DNA of 64,000 nucleotides from Bacteroidales bacterium. Lineage in GTDB: Bacteria > Bacteroidota > Bacteroidia > Bacteroidales > FEN-979. A model generated the notes under the pieces. It was not told where the DNA came from. It was given only the letters and a program-made list of their open reading frames with translations, and made no database searches. Location: positions 140,685-204,684 of the forward strand of contig JBMOIP010000001.1 of assembly GCA_049317265.1 (NCBI GenBank), given 5' to 3'. Positions 38,642 to 47,450 of the stretch are shown one piece after another; position 1 is the first letter of the stretch; every line of letters starts with the position of its first letter. The translations under genes were made by a program, and so were the position numbers.

Positions 38642-38680
38642 GTGAACTAGTGAACTAGTGAACTGGTAAACTGGTAAACA
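38642..38680. repeat. Octamer tandem repeat (GTGAACTA x2, GTGAACTG, GTAAACTG, GTAAACA)
   Basis: Read directly. There are five units with a stepwise change of unit variant, in the divergent intergenic region between the flippase and wecE-like genes. Confidence 0.9.
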
Positions 38681-38690
38681 ATTTCAATTG

Positions 38691-38710
38691 CCTCGGCCTT
38701 CAGGCCGAGG
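38691..38710. promoter_or_regulatory. Perfect 8-bp GC hairpin abutting the first ATG of the wecE-like ORF
   Basis: CCTCGGCC-ttca-GGCCGAGG lies immediately before the ATG at 38711. Confidence 0.4.
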
Positions 38711-38740
38711 ATGGAGAAAAATGTTGATATAATTAATATC

Positions 38741-39877
38741 ATGCAGATCCTGTTCAACAAACCATATATCCCCTGGATTTCCCTCTGGCACCTGATCAGG
38801 GGGACATTTTCCGGTACGATTGCCGGGAATGGCACCTATACCAAAAAGTGCCACCGGTTTTTCGAAGATCGGTTCGGGTTTAACAAGGTGCTGATGACCA
38901 CTTCCTGCAGCGATGCCCTGGAGATGTCGGCCCTGCTGTGCAGGATCGGGCCGGGAGATGAAGTGATCATGCCTTCGTTTACCTTCATGTCAACCGCTAA
39001 TGCATTCATTATCCGCGGTGCAAAGGTGGTTTTTGCAGATACCCTGCCGGATGTTCCGAACATCGATCCCCGGGCTATTGAACCCCTGATCACTCCAAGA
39101 ACAAAAGCCATTGTGGTTGTCCATTACAGCGGACTGGCCTGCGATATGGACACCATCATGGAAATTGCCGCCCGCCATAACCTGTTTGTGGTGGAAGACG
39201 CCGCCCATGCCATCGATTCCTTTTACCGTGGAAAACCACTGGGATCCATCGGACACTTCGGTACCTTCTCCTTTCATGAAACAAAAAATATCATCTCAGG
39301 CGAGGGCGGCCTGCTCATCATCAATCAACCTGAATTTGCAAAAAGGGCTGAAATTATCTGGGATAAAGGGACTAACCGCGCAGCCTTCTACCGGGGTGAG
39401 ATCGATAAATATGGTTGGGTGGATATCGGCTCTTCGTACCTCCCTTCCGATTCTGTTGCCGCGTTTTTGTTTACCCAGATATCCCGGTTCGACCGAATCC
39501 AGTCAAAACGAAAAAAGGTGTGGTGGAATTACTACGAAGCACTTCATTCGCTGGAGGAGAGCGGTCGCCTTAAACGTCCTGTTGTTCCTGATTATGCAAC
39601 GGTGAACGGGAATATATTCTATATAACCCTACAAACCCCGGAAACCAGGGATAAACTCATGGCATTCCTCAAAGCCAGGGGTATCAATGCCCTTTTTCAC
39701 TACCTGCCACTGCATTCCAGCCCCTATTTTATCGATAAACATGATGGCCGTGAACTTCCCAATACCGACATGTTTTCTTCATGCATCCTTCGTTTGCCGT
39801 TTTATAATTCTTTGAAAAAGAGTCAGATAAACTATATCGTAAAGAGTATTGGCAAATTCTGCGAGGAACATAAATAA
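38741..39877 (+). CDS. wecE: dTDP-4-amino-4,6-dideoxyhexose (WecE/RffA-type) PLP aminotransferase
   Basis: Long collinear similarity to E. coli WecE as I remember it: GDEVIMPSFTFMSTANAF, VVVHYSGLACDMDTIMEIA..HNLFVVEDAAH, FSFHETKNIISGEGGLLIIN and KGTNRAAFYRGEIDKYGWVDIGSSYLPSD. The start is ambiguous (38711 or 38741). I prefer 38741 (MQILFNKPYI) because the hairpin abuts 38711. Confidence 0.8.
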   Translation: MQILFNKPYIPWISLWHLIRGTFSGTIAGNGTYTKKCHRFFEDRFGFNKVLMTTSCSDALEMSALLCRIGPGDEVIMPSFTFMSTANAFIIRGAKVVFADTLPDVPNIDPRAIEPLITPRTKAIVVVHYSGLACDMDTIMEIAARHNLFVVEDAAHAIDSFYRGKPLGSIGHFGTFSFHETKNIISGEGGLLIINQPEFAKRAEIIWDKGTNRAAFYRGEIDKYGWVDIGSSYLPSDSVAAFLFTQISRFDRIQSKRKKVWWNYYEALHSLEESGRLKRPVVPDYATVNGNIFYITLQTPETRDKLMAFLKARGINALFHYLPLHSSPYFIDKHDGRELPNTDMFSSCILRLPFYNSLKKSQINYIVKSIGKFCEEHK

Positions 39878-39903
39878 AAAAGCCGGACAATGCCCGGCTT
39901 TAA
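39878..39903. terminator. Hairpin terminator after the wecE-like gene
   Basis: AAGCCGG-acaatgc-CCGGCTT is flanked by an A-run upstream and T/A downstream. It begins 3 nt after the stop codon. Confidence 0.5.
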
Positions 39904-40157
39904 AATGAAAAAAGGGAGTTTTCAATTCGGTTTAGGATCAGAACGATTCCCGGCTGTCGGTATCAGAGTAGAAAGTGATAGTGTGACAAGTTTGACAAGT
40001 GTAGTAATCGGCTGAATAAGTTAAGCAGACGGAAAACCTGAAAACCCCCTATGCATTTAAAATATCTGCGCAAATGTAATTGTTAAATCAATCACAGGTT
40101 GATTTTTTAGACGACCAAGCCAAATTTGCCGACCAACAGGGGGATTTGCACGACCCA

Positions 40158-43100
40158 TCATCTCTTCCAATCCGGTAACCGTCCCGGGGTAACAGGTGCA
40201 CCAATATTTTCGAGCGCTTTTTCCAGTTGGGGAATATCAGTTTCACCAATCTGTTTTACCTTGTTGTACACCGGAGGAAACTCGGCTTCAAGGATGGCAT
40301 AGGCATCTTTCTGGTTCTGTGAAGGATCGCCGGTCGTCATCCAGCTGATCCACGTTAGTTTTCCAAGACGGCTGTTCAGTGGCACCGGTGCCGGAGGATT
40401 CTCCTCTTCGCTGGGCCTGCCTATGTTCCTGTTGAATTTCACGTTGAGGACTTCATCCAGCTGCAGCTGGATTTCACGGGCTTTCTTTGCCAGGTCAGGA
40501 TTAGCCGAAGGCGCACTGTTCAATGCCTGGAGGATGCTGGAAACACGTCTGTTCAACGATTCCGCATAGCTCTCTGTCCCCTGCATCACCCGGGTGATTT
40601 CGGCAACTTTTTTGTGGAATTCCACCATGGCGCTGCGGTCGGAAACTGGAAGGGTCGTATTGTTGAGGACTATTGCATTGAATTCAACGGGCCCTGCAAG
40701 CAGTTTGGCCTCTCCATTGGCTGTGAGGGTCATGCTGATCTTGTATTTGCCTGGCATGGCGAGGATTCCGCTGCCATTGTCGCCCAGCGGGTCAAACTTG
40801 TCGGTTTCGACAATACGGGTTGACTGGTATCTCAGGTCCCAGTTGAGGCGGTTAATCCCTTTCGAGGGACTTTTACGGATGATCCGCACAGGTGAACCAT
40901 TGGCATCTGTAATGGTGAAGGTGATATACGGGTCAATCTCCAGTTTTTCCAGGCGCAAGTCGGCTTCAGAAGGCTGTGGAATTTTCTCTCCTTTTTTGAA
41001 TAATTCACCCTCCTTTTCCTTTCTGATGTCCTTCTTTGTTTTTGGAACCTCTTTGATAAAATAGGTAAATACGGCTCCGAAATCGGGGTTTTTCGCTACA
41101 AATACGGTCGATCCCTGTGAACCTTTCGTATCTGTAGGTAGATACATTAAGGCATCTTTCACCGGGAAGAGGTACCCGCTCCGATCGAGATTCTCCTTCT
41201 TCAGGTTACGCAACGGTGTGAAGTCATCCAGGATGTAAAATCCGCGGCCGAATGTGGCAATCACAAGGTCGTTCTCGCGTTTCTGGATGGTCATATCCTT
41301 CACACATACCGAAGGAAGGCCCGCTTTGAGCTGGATCCAGTTCTTACCGCCATCGATGGTGAAGAAACAACCGAATTCAGTTCCGGCAAAGAGCAGGTCG
41401 GGATTGACGAAATCCTGCAGGATGCTGTGGACTGTTCCGTTTTCCGGTAAATTCCCTGCAATGGAGACCCATGATTTCCCCTTGTCTGCGCTTTTCAGCA
41501 GGTATGGTTTGAAATCATCACGTAATATATTGTCAAAAGAGGCAAATACAACATTTTCATCAAACCTGGAGGCGAAAACATCACTCACATAGGTATTTTC
41601 AGGAACTCCGGGAAATTTGTCAATTTTGGTCCAGGTTTTTGCGTCTTCTGATACCTGGATCAACCCGTCGTCGGTTCCGGCGTAAAGCAGGTTCTCTTTA
41701 ACGGAAGACTCATCAAACGCGATGATGGTTCCGTAGAGCGAGGTTGAAATATCTTTCTGTACTGCATCAATGGACCAGTATTTACCCATAACCGGCCAGG
41801 TGTTGCGGTCGAGTTTGGCAGTAAGGTCTTCGCTGATCACCTGCCAGCTGCTTCCGCGGTCATCACTTCGGAAAACTTTATTGGCCATCGTGTAGAGGCG
41901 GGAGGGTGAGTGAGGACTGATGATGAGCGGTGTGTTCCAGTTCCATTTGTAGCTGTCTTCACCCTTGCGCGGTTCCGGCCTGATGTCAACAGCTTCCTGG
42001 CTTTTCCGGTCGTAGCGAACCATGCCGCCATATTGGGATTCTGCATAAACGATATTGGGATTAACCGGGTCGATCTGCGACCAGAAGCCGTCGCCGCCAT
42101 TGGTCACAAACCAGTCGTCGGTCAGCACTCCTGCTCCGGCAGTGGTCCGCGACGGGCCTCCCATGCTGTTGTTGTCCTGGGTTCCCCCGTATACATAATA
42201 AAATGGAGTGGAATTGTCAACCTGTACACGGTAGAACTGAACCACAGGAAGGTTCGATTTGAAAATAAACTCTTTCCCTCCGTCAAAGGACTCATAAGCC
42301 CCGCCGTCACTGCCGATAAAAATGTGTTTCGTGTCGTCGGGATCGATCCACATGGCATGGTCATCCACATGGCGTTTGTTGTTGCCAACCGGCCTCCAGG
42401 TTTTTCCTCCATCCTCCGAAACCTGCGAAACGGTTTCTGTTGAATAGACTTTGTTAACATCCTTTGGATCACAATAAATCTCGTTATAATACTGGCCCTG
42501 GGCAGAATGGTCGCTCATTTTCTGCCAGGATGCACCACGATCGCTGCTGCGGTAAAACCCTTTTGCATCGGGAGTCGATTCAATGATGGCATAAACTACA
42601 TCCGGATTCACTGGTGAAATGGCAAGGCCTATCCCGCCCATGTCGGCACCGGGAAGTCCGGAAGTGAGCTTATCCCACGATTCTCCGGCGTTGGTTGATT
42701 TGTAGATCGCAGTCTCCGGTCCTCCGCCGATCTTGGTAAATACATGACGACGACGCTGTTCTGAGGATGCATAAAGAATATCCGGATTCCTTGGATCAAG
42801 AAGCACATTGTTCACCCCGGTATGTTCACTGATTTCAAGGATTTTCTTCCAGGTTTTACCCCCGTCGGTGGTCTTGTAAAGTCCGCGGTCTCCGCCGGGT
42901 CCCCAGACAGATCCCTCTGCCGCCACATAAACAACATCCGAATTCCGGGGGTCGATCAGGATCTTGCCGATCTGGCGCGAATCTTTCAATCCCATGTTTT
43001 TCCAGCTCTTCCCGTTGTCGGAACTTTTGTAAACGCCATTGCCATATCCCAGCGACCGCTGATGGTTATTCTCGCCGGTTCCCACCCAAACCACATTGCT

Positions 43101-43535
43101 GTTGTTTGGATCGATAACAACACAGCCGATCGAATAAACTCCGTTGTTGTCGAAGACAGGTTCGAACGTGGTGCCGTTATTGACAGTTTTCCACACATGT
43201 CCAGAAGCTACAGCCACGAACCATTCACTGTGGTTCTTCGGGTTTACCGCAAAATCAGCGATTCGCCCTGAACAGAAGGCCGGCCCGATGCTGCGGAATT
43301 TCATCCCGCTCACAAGACCCGAATTATATACGGAATCCTCCTTGGGTTTCTCTTTCTCTTTTTTATCCTTCGATTTTTCCTGTGGTTTCGCCTTATCAGC
43401 ATCCTTTTTCTTCTCAACCGTTGTTTTTTTTGGTGAAGAGGGCTTTTCCTTCAAATTTTCGGTGGAGGCAAGTACCCCCAGGCTGAGAAAAAATGCCCCT
43501 GCAAGGAGCCCTGAGAAAATTCTGGTCAGTTTCAT
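40158..43535 (-). CDS. Large secreted BNR/Asp-box beta-propeller protein (sortilin/Vps10-like, often annotated as glycosyl hydrolase)
   Basis: A signal peptide and a K/E-rich linker are followed by repeated SxDxGxTW Asp-boxes (SSDNGKSWKN, TTDGGKTWKK, STNAGESWDK, SSDRGASWQK, SEDGGKTWRP, SDDRGSSWQV, SADKGKSWVS). Confidence 0.75.
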   Translation of the reverse strand: MKLTRIFSGLLAGAFFLSLGVLASTENLKEKPSSPKKTTVEKKKDADKAKPQEKSKDKKEKEKPKEDSVYNSGLVSGMKFRSIGPAFCSGRIADFAVNPKNHSEWFVAVASGHVWKTVNNGTTFEPVFDNNGVYSIGCVVIDPNNSNVVWVGTGENNHQRSLGYGNGVYKSSDNGKSWKNMGLKDSRQIGKILIDPRNSDVVYVAAEGSVWGPGGDRGLYKTTDGGKTWKKILEISEHTGVNNVLLDPRNPDILYASSEQRRRHVFTKIGGGPETAIYKSTNAGESWDKLTSGLPGADMGGIGLAISPVNPDVVYAIIESTPDAKGFYRSSDRGASWQKMSDHSAQGQYYNEIYCDPKDVNKVYSTETVSQVSEDGGKTWRPVGNNKRHVDDHAMWIDPDDTKHIFIGSDGGAYESFDGGKEFIFKSNLPVVQFYRVQVDNSTPFYYVYGGTQDNNSMGGPSRTTAGAGVLTDDWFVTNGGDGFWSQIDPVNPNIVYAESQYGGMVRYDRKSQEAVDIRPEPRKGEDSYKWNWNTPLIISPHSPSRLYTMANKVFRSDDRGSSWQVISEDLTAKLDRNTWPVMGKYWSIDAVQKDISTSLYGTIIAFDESSVKENLLYAGTDDGLIQVSEDAKTWTKIDKFPGVPENTYVSDVFASRFDENVVFASFDNILRDDFKPYLLKSADKGKSWVSIAGNLPENGTVHSILQDFVNPDLLFAGTEFGCFFTIDGGKNWIQLKAGLPSVCVKDMTIQKRENDLVIATFGRGFYILDDFTPLRNLKKENLDRSGYLFPVKDALMYLPTDTKGSQGSTVFVAKNPDFGAVFTYFIKEVPKTKKDIRKEKEGELFKKGEKIPQPSEADLRLEKLEIDPYITFTITDANGSPVRIIRKSPSKGINRLNWDLRYQSTRIVETDKFDPLGDNGSGILAMPGKYKISMTLTANGEAKLLAGPVEFNAIVLNNTTLPVSDRSAMVEFHKKVAEITRVMQGTESYAESLNRRVSSILQALNSAPSANPDLAKKAREIQLQLDEVLNVKFNRNIGRPSEEENPPAPVPLNSRLGKLTWISWMTTGDPSQNQKDAYAILEAEFPPVYNKVKQIGETDIPQLEKALENIGAPVTPGRLPDWKR

Positions 43536-43542
43536 ATGCGTC

Positions 43543-43591
43543 TATTTATATTTCAAATTTCAAATTTCAGATTTCACATTTCACATTTACC
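43543..43591. repeat. Heptamer tandem repeat ATTTCAA/ATTTCAG/ATTTCAC (about 7 units)
   Basis: ATTTATA ATTTCAA ATTTCAA ATTTCAG ATTTCAC ATTTCAC ATTTACC is read directly. It lies between the mtnA stop (43612) and the ATG at 43535 of the downstream minus-strand gene. The unit is the same as in the array at 12554-12602. Confidence 0.9.
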
Positions 43592-43611
43592 ATCTCCCCC
43601 GTAGCCACTTC

Positions 43612-44655
43612 TCAGCCCATCAACTTCCTAATCGCCTCATTCCCTGGTTGGATAATTCCTTTTTCTGTAATAATTCCCGTGATAAGTTTTGCCGGGGTAA
43701 CATCAAAGGCAGGATTTATGGCGTGGGAACCGGGTGAACAAACCAGGATCCGTTCATGTCGTCCATCCGAGGTGATGCCGTCCATGTAGAGGAGTTCATC
43801 TTCGCTGCGCTCTTCGATCGGAATGTGTGCACCGTCAGGACAATGTATGTCAAAGGTGGAAGTTGGGGCTGCAACATAAAATGGCACACCATATTCTTTG
43901 GCTGCTAGTGCTTTTTCAAGTGTGCCTATTTTGTTCGCCACATCTCCATTTGCTGCAATGCGGTCGGCGCCGACAATCATCATGTCAATTTTGCCCAGCG
44001 ACATCAGCCAGGCACCGGCATTATCAGGGATGATGGCATGGGGAACCCCGGCCTGTTCAAGTTCCCAGGCAGTCAGACGGGCTCCCTGGCTCCTGGGCCG
44101 GGTTTCATCGGTATAGACAAAGATTTTCTTTCCCTGCTGATGGGCGAGGTATATTGGCGACAAGGCAGTGCCATAATCTACAAAGGCCAGCCAACCGGCA
44201 TTGCAATGGGTTTCAATGTTCATGCCATTGTTAATCAGCTTGTTGCCATATTCTCCGATGGATCTTGAGTCACTGGCATCCCGGTCGGCAACCTGCTGAG
44301 CGGCAATTACTGCATCCTTCCCCGAAAGGCAGGCGGCAGTGTAAACTATCTCTACTGCATGAAATAGGTTTCTGGCTGTAGGCCGGGTCGACTCTATTTC
44401 AGTCCTGGCCTTTTTAAGAAAGTGCAGGCGGTTGGACCCGGGAGCCTCCAGTGCGGCCTGGGCCATTGCAAATCCTGCGATCGCTCCGATGGCTCCTGCC
44501 CCGCGTACCATCATCGTCCGGATGGCCTGGCAGCTCTCCATATAGGATTTCGCCTCATGAATGCTGAATTGAAAGGGGAGAAGGTTCTGTTCAATAAAAA
44601 AAACCGAAGTTCCTTTCATCCATACGGTCCGGTAATCAATGTTATTGACTTTCAA
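43612..44655 (-). CDS. mtnA: S-methyl-5-thioribose-1-phosphate isomerase
   Basis: LPFQFSIHEAKSY, AIRTMMVRGAGAIGA, THCNAGWLA, ETRPRSQGARLTAWEL, VGADRIAANGDVANKIGT and NPAFDVTPAKLITGIITEKG. Confidence 0.85.
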   Translation of the reverse strand: MKVNNIDYRTVWMKGTSVFFIEQNLLPFQFSIHEAKSYMESCQAIRTMMVRGAGAIGAIAGFAMAQAALEAPGSNRLHFLKKARTEIESTRPTARNLFHAVEIVYTAACLSGKDAVIAAQQVADRDASDSRSIGEYGNKLINNGMNIETHCNAGWLAFVDYGTALSPIYLAHQQGKKIFVYTDETRPRSQGARLTAWELEQAGVPHAIIPDNAGAWLMSLGKIDMMIVGADRIAANGDVANKIGTLEKALAAKEYGVPFYVAAPTSTFDIHCPDGAHIPIEERSEDELLYMDGITSDGRHERILVCSPGSHAINPAFDVTPAKLITGIITEKGIIQPGNEAIRKLMG

Positions 44656-44676
44656 AGTAATCGGGGGATTTGGCCC

Positions 44677-45312
44677 TTACATGATCTTGAATCCAAGGCT
44701 TACCACGAACAGGTTCGACTTGGAATTCACAGGATAGGGTGTGGTGTAGCCGTTGGCCGGAGTTGTAACATCATTGATCAGGCTGTTTAACCCGGTCTGG
44801 TAACGGAGGTCAAGGGTCATGAATAACAGATCGATTCCGGTGCCCGCCTGGATAAACCAGTTGGTGGTTCGAAGGTCGGCTTTTTCCAACGGACCGGTGA
44901 GGTTAAGATTTTCAACTTTGGAGTTTACCACGAAAGAGGCTTCAGGACCTACCATGATCCTCCATTTTACGGTCTTTGAATCAATGATGGTAAAACCAAT
45001 CAAGAGCGGAATGTCAAGTGTGCCGATGGTAACCTTTTGTTTCCAGTCGGTCAGTGTATTTGTTCCGATCTGAAAGGTTCCGCCCGAGAGGGTATAATAG
45101 AACTCAGGTTGCAGATGAACTTTTTTCCCGATCCGGGCAAACGCGCCTGCATGGAAACCAGAGCTCATGTTTGATTTGATGGTGTCGATGTTCGTGCTCA
45201 GGCTGGAAGCATTGTAACCGGCTTTAAGTCCGAAAGCAAATTGGGCATTGGATTCTTTGGGATCAAGGAGCGCCGCAATGACAAATGCCAGGAGAATAAT
45301 CGTCTTTCTCAT
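44677..45312 (-). CDS. Small outer-membrane beta-barrel protein (porin-family / OmpA-like barrel)
   Basis: The signal peptide ends in NAQ. Alternating amphipathic strands are visible (FAFGLKAGYNASSL...FHAGAFARIG...), and the C-terminus is VVSLGFKIM. Confidence 0.6.
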   Translation of the reverse strand: MRKTIILLAFVIAALLDPKESNAQFAFGLKAGYNASSLSTNIDTIKSNMSSGFHAGAFARIGKKVHLQPEFYYTLSGGTFQIGTNTLTDWKQKVTIGTLDIPLLIGFTIIDSKTVKWRIMVGPEASFVVNSKVENLNLTGPLEKADLRTTNWFIQAGTGIDLLFMTLDLRYQTGLNSLINDVTTPANGYTTPYPVNSKSNLFVVSLGFKIM

Positions 45313-45323
45313 CGGTTGCCTGT

Positions 45324-46595
45324 TTACCCGATCAAATCAAAACCGGTGTATGGAACAAGTACCTCCGGGATCCTGATTCCTTCCGGGGTCTGGTTGTTTT
45401 CAAGCAAAGCGGCCATGATCCGTGGAAGTGCCAGGGCGCTGCCATTCAGGGTATGGGCGGTTTGCATTTTCCCTGAATCATCTTTGAATCTGAGTTTGAG
45501 CCGGTTGGATTGAAATGTTTCAAAATTGGAGACAGAACTCACTTCAAGCCATCTCGCCTGGGCCGATGACCACACCTCCATGTCGTAGGTGAGGGCAGAG
45601 GTAAAGCTCATATCGCCTCCACAAAGTTTTAATACCCTGAAGGGGAGTTCAAGTTTACGTAGCAAGCCAGTTACATAATTACGCATCTCCTCGAGGATTT
45701 CGTAGGAGCGGTCGGGATGGGCTATCTGCACAATTTCGACCTTGTCGAACTGGTGCAGGCGATTCAGCCCGCGTACATCCTTGCCATAGGAACCGGCTTC
45801 ACGGCGGAAGCAGGCTGAATAGGCCACATTTTTCACCGGGAGATCCTGGCTTTTCAGGATGGTGTCGCGGTAGATGTTGGTAACCGGAACCTCTGCCGTT
45901 GGAATAAGGTACAGGTCGTCAAGTCCTACATGATACATCTGCGCATCCTTGTCGGGCAGCTGTCCAGTGGCATAGGCAGATGCAGCATTTACCATATAGG
46001 GTGGCTGGATCTCCATATATCCTGCTTTAAGTGCCTCTTCGAGGAAGAAATTGATGAGCGCACGCTGTAACCTGGCTCCTTTACCCTTATATACAGGGAA
46101 CCCGGCCCCGGTAATTTTGTTCCCGGTGATGAAGTCGATAATGTCGTACTGTGTCGTTAGGTCCCAGTGGGGAACTGCCGTTGCAGCGGCTTCCATTACT
46201 TCGCCCTCCTGGGATACGATCAGGTTGTCTTCGGGGGTTTTTCCCGGGGGTACCGACGAATGGGGGAGGTTTGGCACACGAACCAGGATGTCGTCCAGCT
46301 CCTTTTTTATAGTTTCAAGGGAGAGGTCCAGCTCTTTCGCCTGGATTTTCAACTCCCCGGTCTTCTCCTTTAAAATGGCTGCTTCGGCAGATTTCCCCGA
46401 TTGAAAGAGAACGCCAATCTCCCTGGCAAGGTTGTTGTTTTGTGACTGCAATTCATCCAGCCTTGTCTGTGTTTCACGGCGCATGTTATCCAACTCGGAA
46501 ATTTTTGCAATCGCCTCACTGCCGTTAAAATTCTTGATCGCCAGTCGGTCGATTACCTCCTGCGGATGTTCGCGGATAAAATTAAGAGAGAGCAT
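45324..46595 (-). CDS. serS: Seryl-tRNA synthetase
   Basis: An N-terminal coiled-coil arm is followed by the class II motifs FRREAGSYGKDVRGLNRLHQFDKVE and TLNGSALALPRIMAALLENNQ. Confidence 0.95.
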   Translation of the reverse strand: MLSLNFIREHPQEVIDRLAIKNFNGSEAIAKISELDNMRRETQTRLDELQSQNNNLAREIGVLFQSGKSAEAAILKEKTGELKIQAKELDLSLETIKKELDDILVRVPNLPHSSVPPGKTPEDNLIVSQEGEVMEAAATAVPHWDLTTQYDIIDFITGNKITGAGFPVYKGKGARLQRALINFFLEEALKAGYMEIQPPYMVNAASAYATGQLPDKDAQMYHVGLDDLYLIPTAEVPVTNIYRDTILKSQDLPVKNVAYSACFRREAGSYGKDVRGLNRLHQFDKVEIVQIAHPDRSYEILEEMRNYVTGLLRKLELPFRVLKLCGGDMSFTSALTYDMEVWSSAQARWLEVSSVSNFETFQSNRLKLRFKDDSGKMQTAHTLNGSALALPRIMAALLENNQTPEGIRIPEVLVPYTGFDLIG

Positions 46596-46615
46596 AATAA
46601 TTGTGGTTTACAGGG

Positions 46616-46623
46616 CAAAAATA
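46616..46623 (-). promoter_or_regulatory. Candidate -7 box (TATTTTTG) for serS
   Basis: Plus strand CAAAAATA, 21 nt upstream of the ATG at 46595. Confidence 0.4.
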
Positions 46624-46643
46624 GTGAAAATCGGGCAACCCGG

Positions 46644-46683
46644 AAATAAAAAAACCTTCCGGGTTTTAAAACCCGGAAGGTTT
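46644..46683 (-). terminator. Rho-independent terminator after rpmA
   Basis: A 12-bp perfect stem forms between AAACCTTCCGGG and CCCGGAAGGTTT. On the minus strand it is followed by a T-rich run (TTTTTTTATTT). Confidence 0.75.
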
Positions 46684-46711
46684 ATATCTCTTGAAAGGCT
46701 GCGAAAAAAAA

Positions 46712-46981
46712 TTAATTGGCAGCTTCTTCCATTGGAACTATCGAAACAAATGAACGGTCGCTCCGTTTTTTCTTGAATTCCACGATGCCTTCAACAAGTG
46801 CAAATAAGGTGTGATCTTTGCCGATGCCGACATTCAGTCCCGGATTGTGCACGGTACCGCGCTGGCGGAGAATAATGGAGCCCGGTTTGGCATACTGACC
46901 ACCATAAATTTTTACACCCAAACGTTTGCTATGTGATTCGCGGCCGTTGCTTGAACTACCCGCCCCTTTTTTGTGTGCCAT
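46712..46981 (-). CDS. rpmA: 50S ribosomal protein L27
   Basis: [29 protein letters not shown]...[10 protein letters not shown] is canonical L27. Confidence 0.95.
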   Translation of the reverse strand: MAHKKGAGSSSNGRESHSKRLGVKIYGGQYAKPGSIILRQRGTVHNPGLNVGIGKDHTLFALVEGIVEFKKKRSDRSFVSIVPMEEAAN

Positions 46982-47044
46982 ATCTTTATTAATTAATAAT
47001 TTAAACGTAATAACTAAAAATCCGTGATCGCAATTTTTAATTAA

Positions 47045-47407
47045 CTATTCTTCGACTGTTGTTGCTTCTTCTTTTGATTTTTTTGCCCTGGCGCCTTTGA
47101 CACTGATGGATTCAATGAGCACTTTGCTAAAATCCTGACGGTGACCGGATTCCTTCTCATATCCTTTACGGCGTTTCTTTTTAAAGATAACCACTTTGTC
47201 GCCCCTTACATGATCCACGATCTGGCCGGAGATGCTGGTACCTTCTACAAGAGGTTTGCCAACACTGATCTTGCCGTCGTTATCAAGGAGTAAAACCTGG
47301 TCAAATTCAATTTTGGTTCCTGGATCACCTTCGAGCCGGTGAACAAAGATTTCGTCATTCTGTTCTACCTTGAACTGCTGACCGGCTATTTCAACGATTG
47401 CGTACAT
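47045..47407 (-). CDS. rplU: 50S ribosomal protein L21
   Basis: MYAIVEIAGQQFKVEQND...VLLLDNDGK...KVVIFKKKRRKGYEKESGHRQ is canonical L21, with a short acidic C-terminal tail. Confidence 0.9.
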   Translation of the reverse strand: MYAIVEIAGQQFKVEQNDEIFVHRLEGDPGTKIEFDQVLLLDNDGKISVGKPLVEGTSISGQIVDHVRGDKVVIFKKKRRKGYEKESGHRQDFSKVLIESISVKGARAKKSKEEATTVEE

Positions 47408-47442
47408 GTTATAATGTGTTGATGTTCGTAAATTTGGGAGTG

Positions 47443-47450
47443 CAAAGGTA
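47443..47450 (-). promoter_or_regulatory. Candidate -7 box (TACCTTTG) for rplU-rpmA
   Basis: Plus strand CAAAGGTA, 36 nt upstream of the ATG at 47407. Confidence 0.4.
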
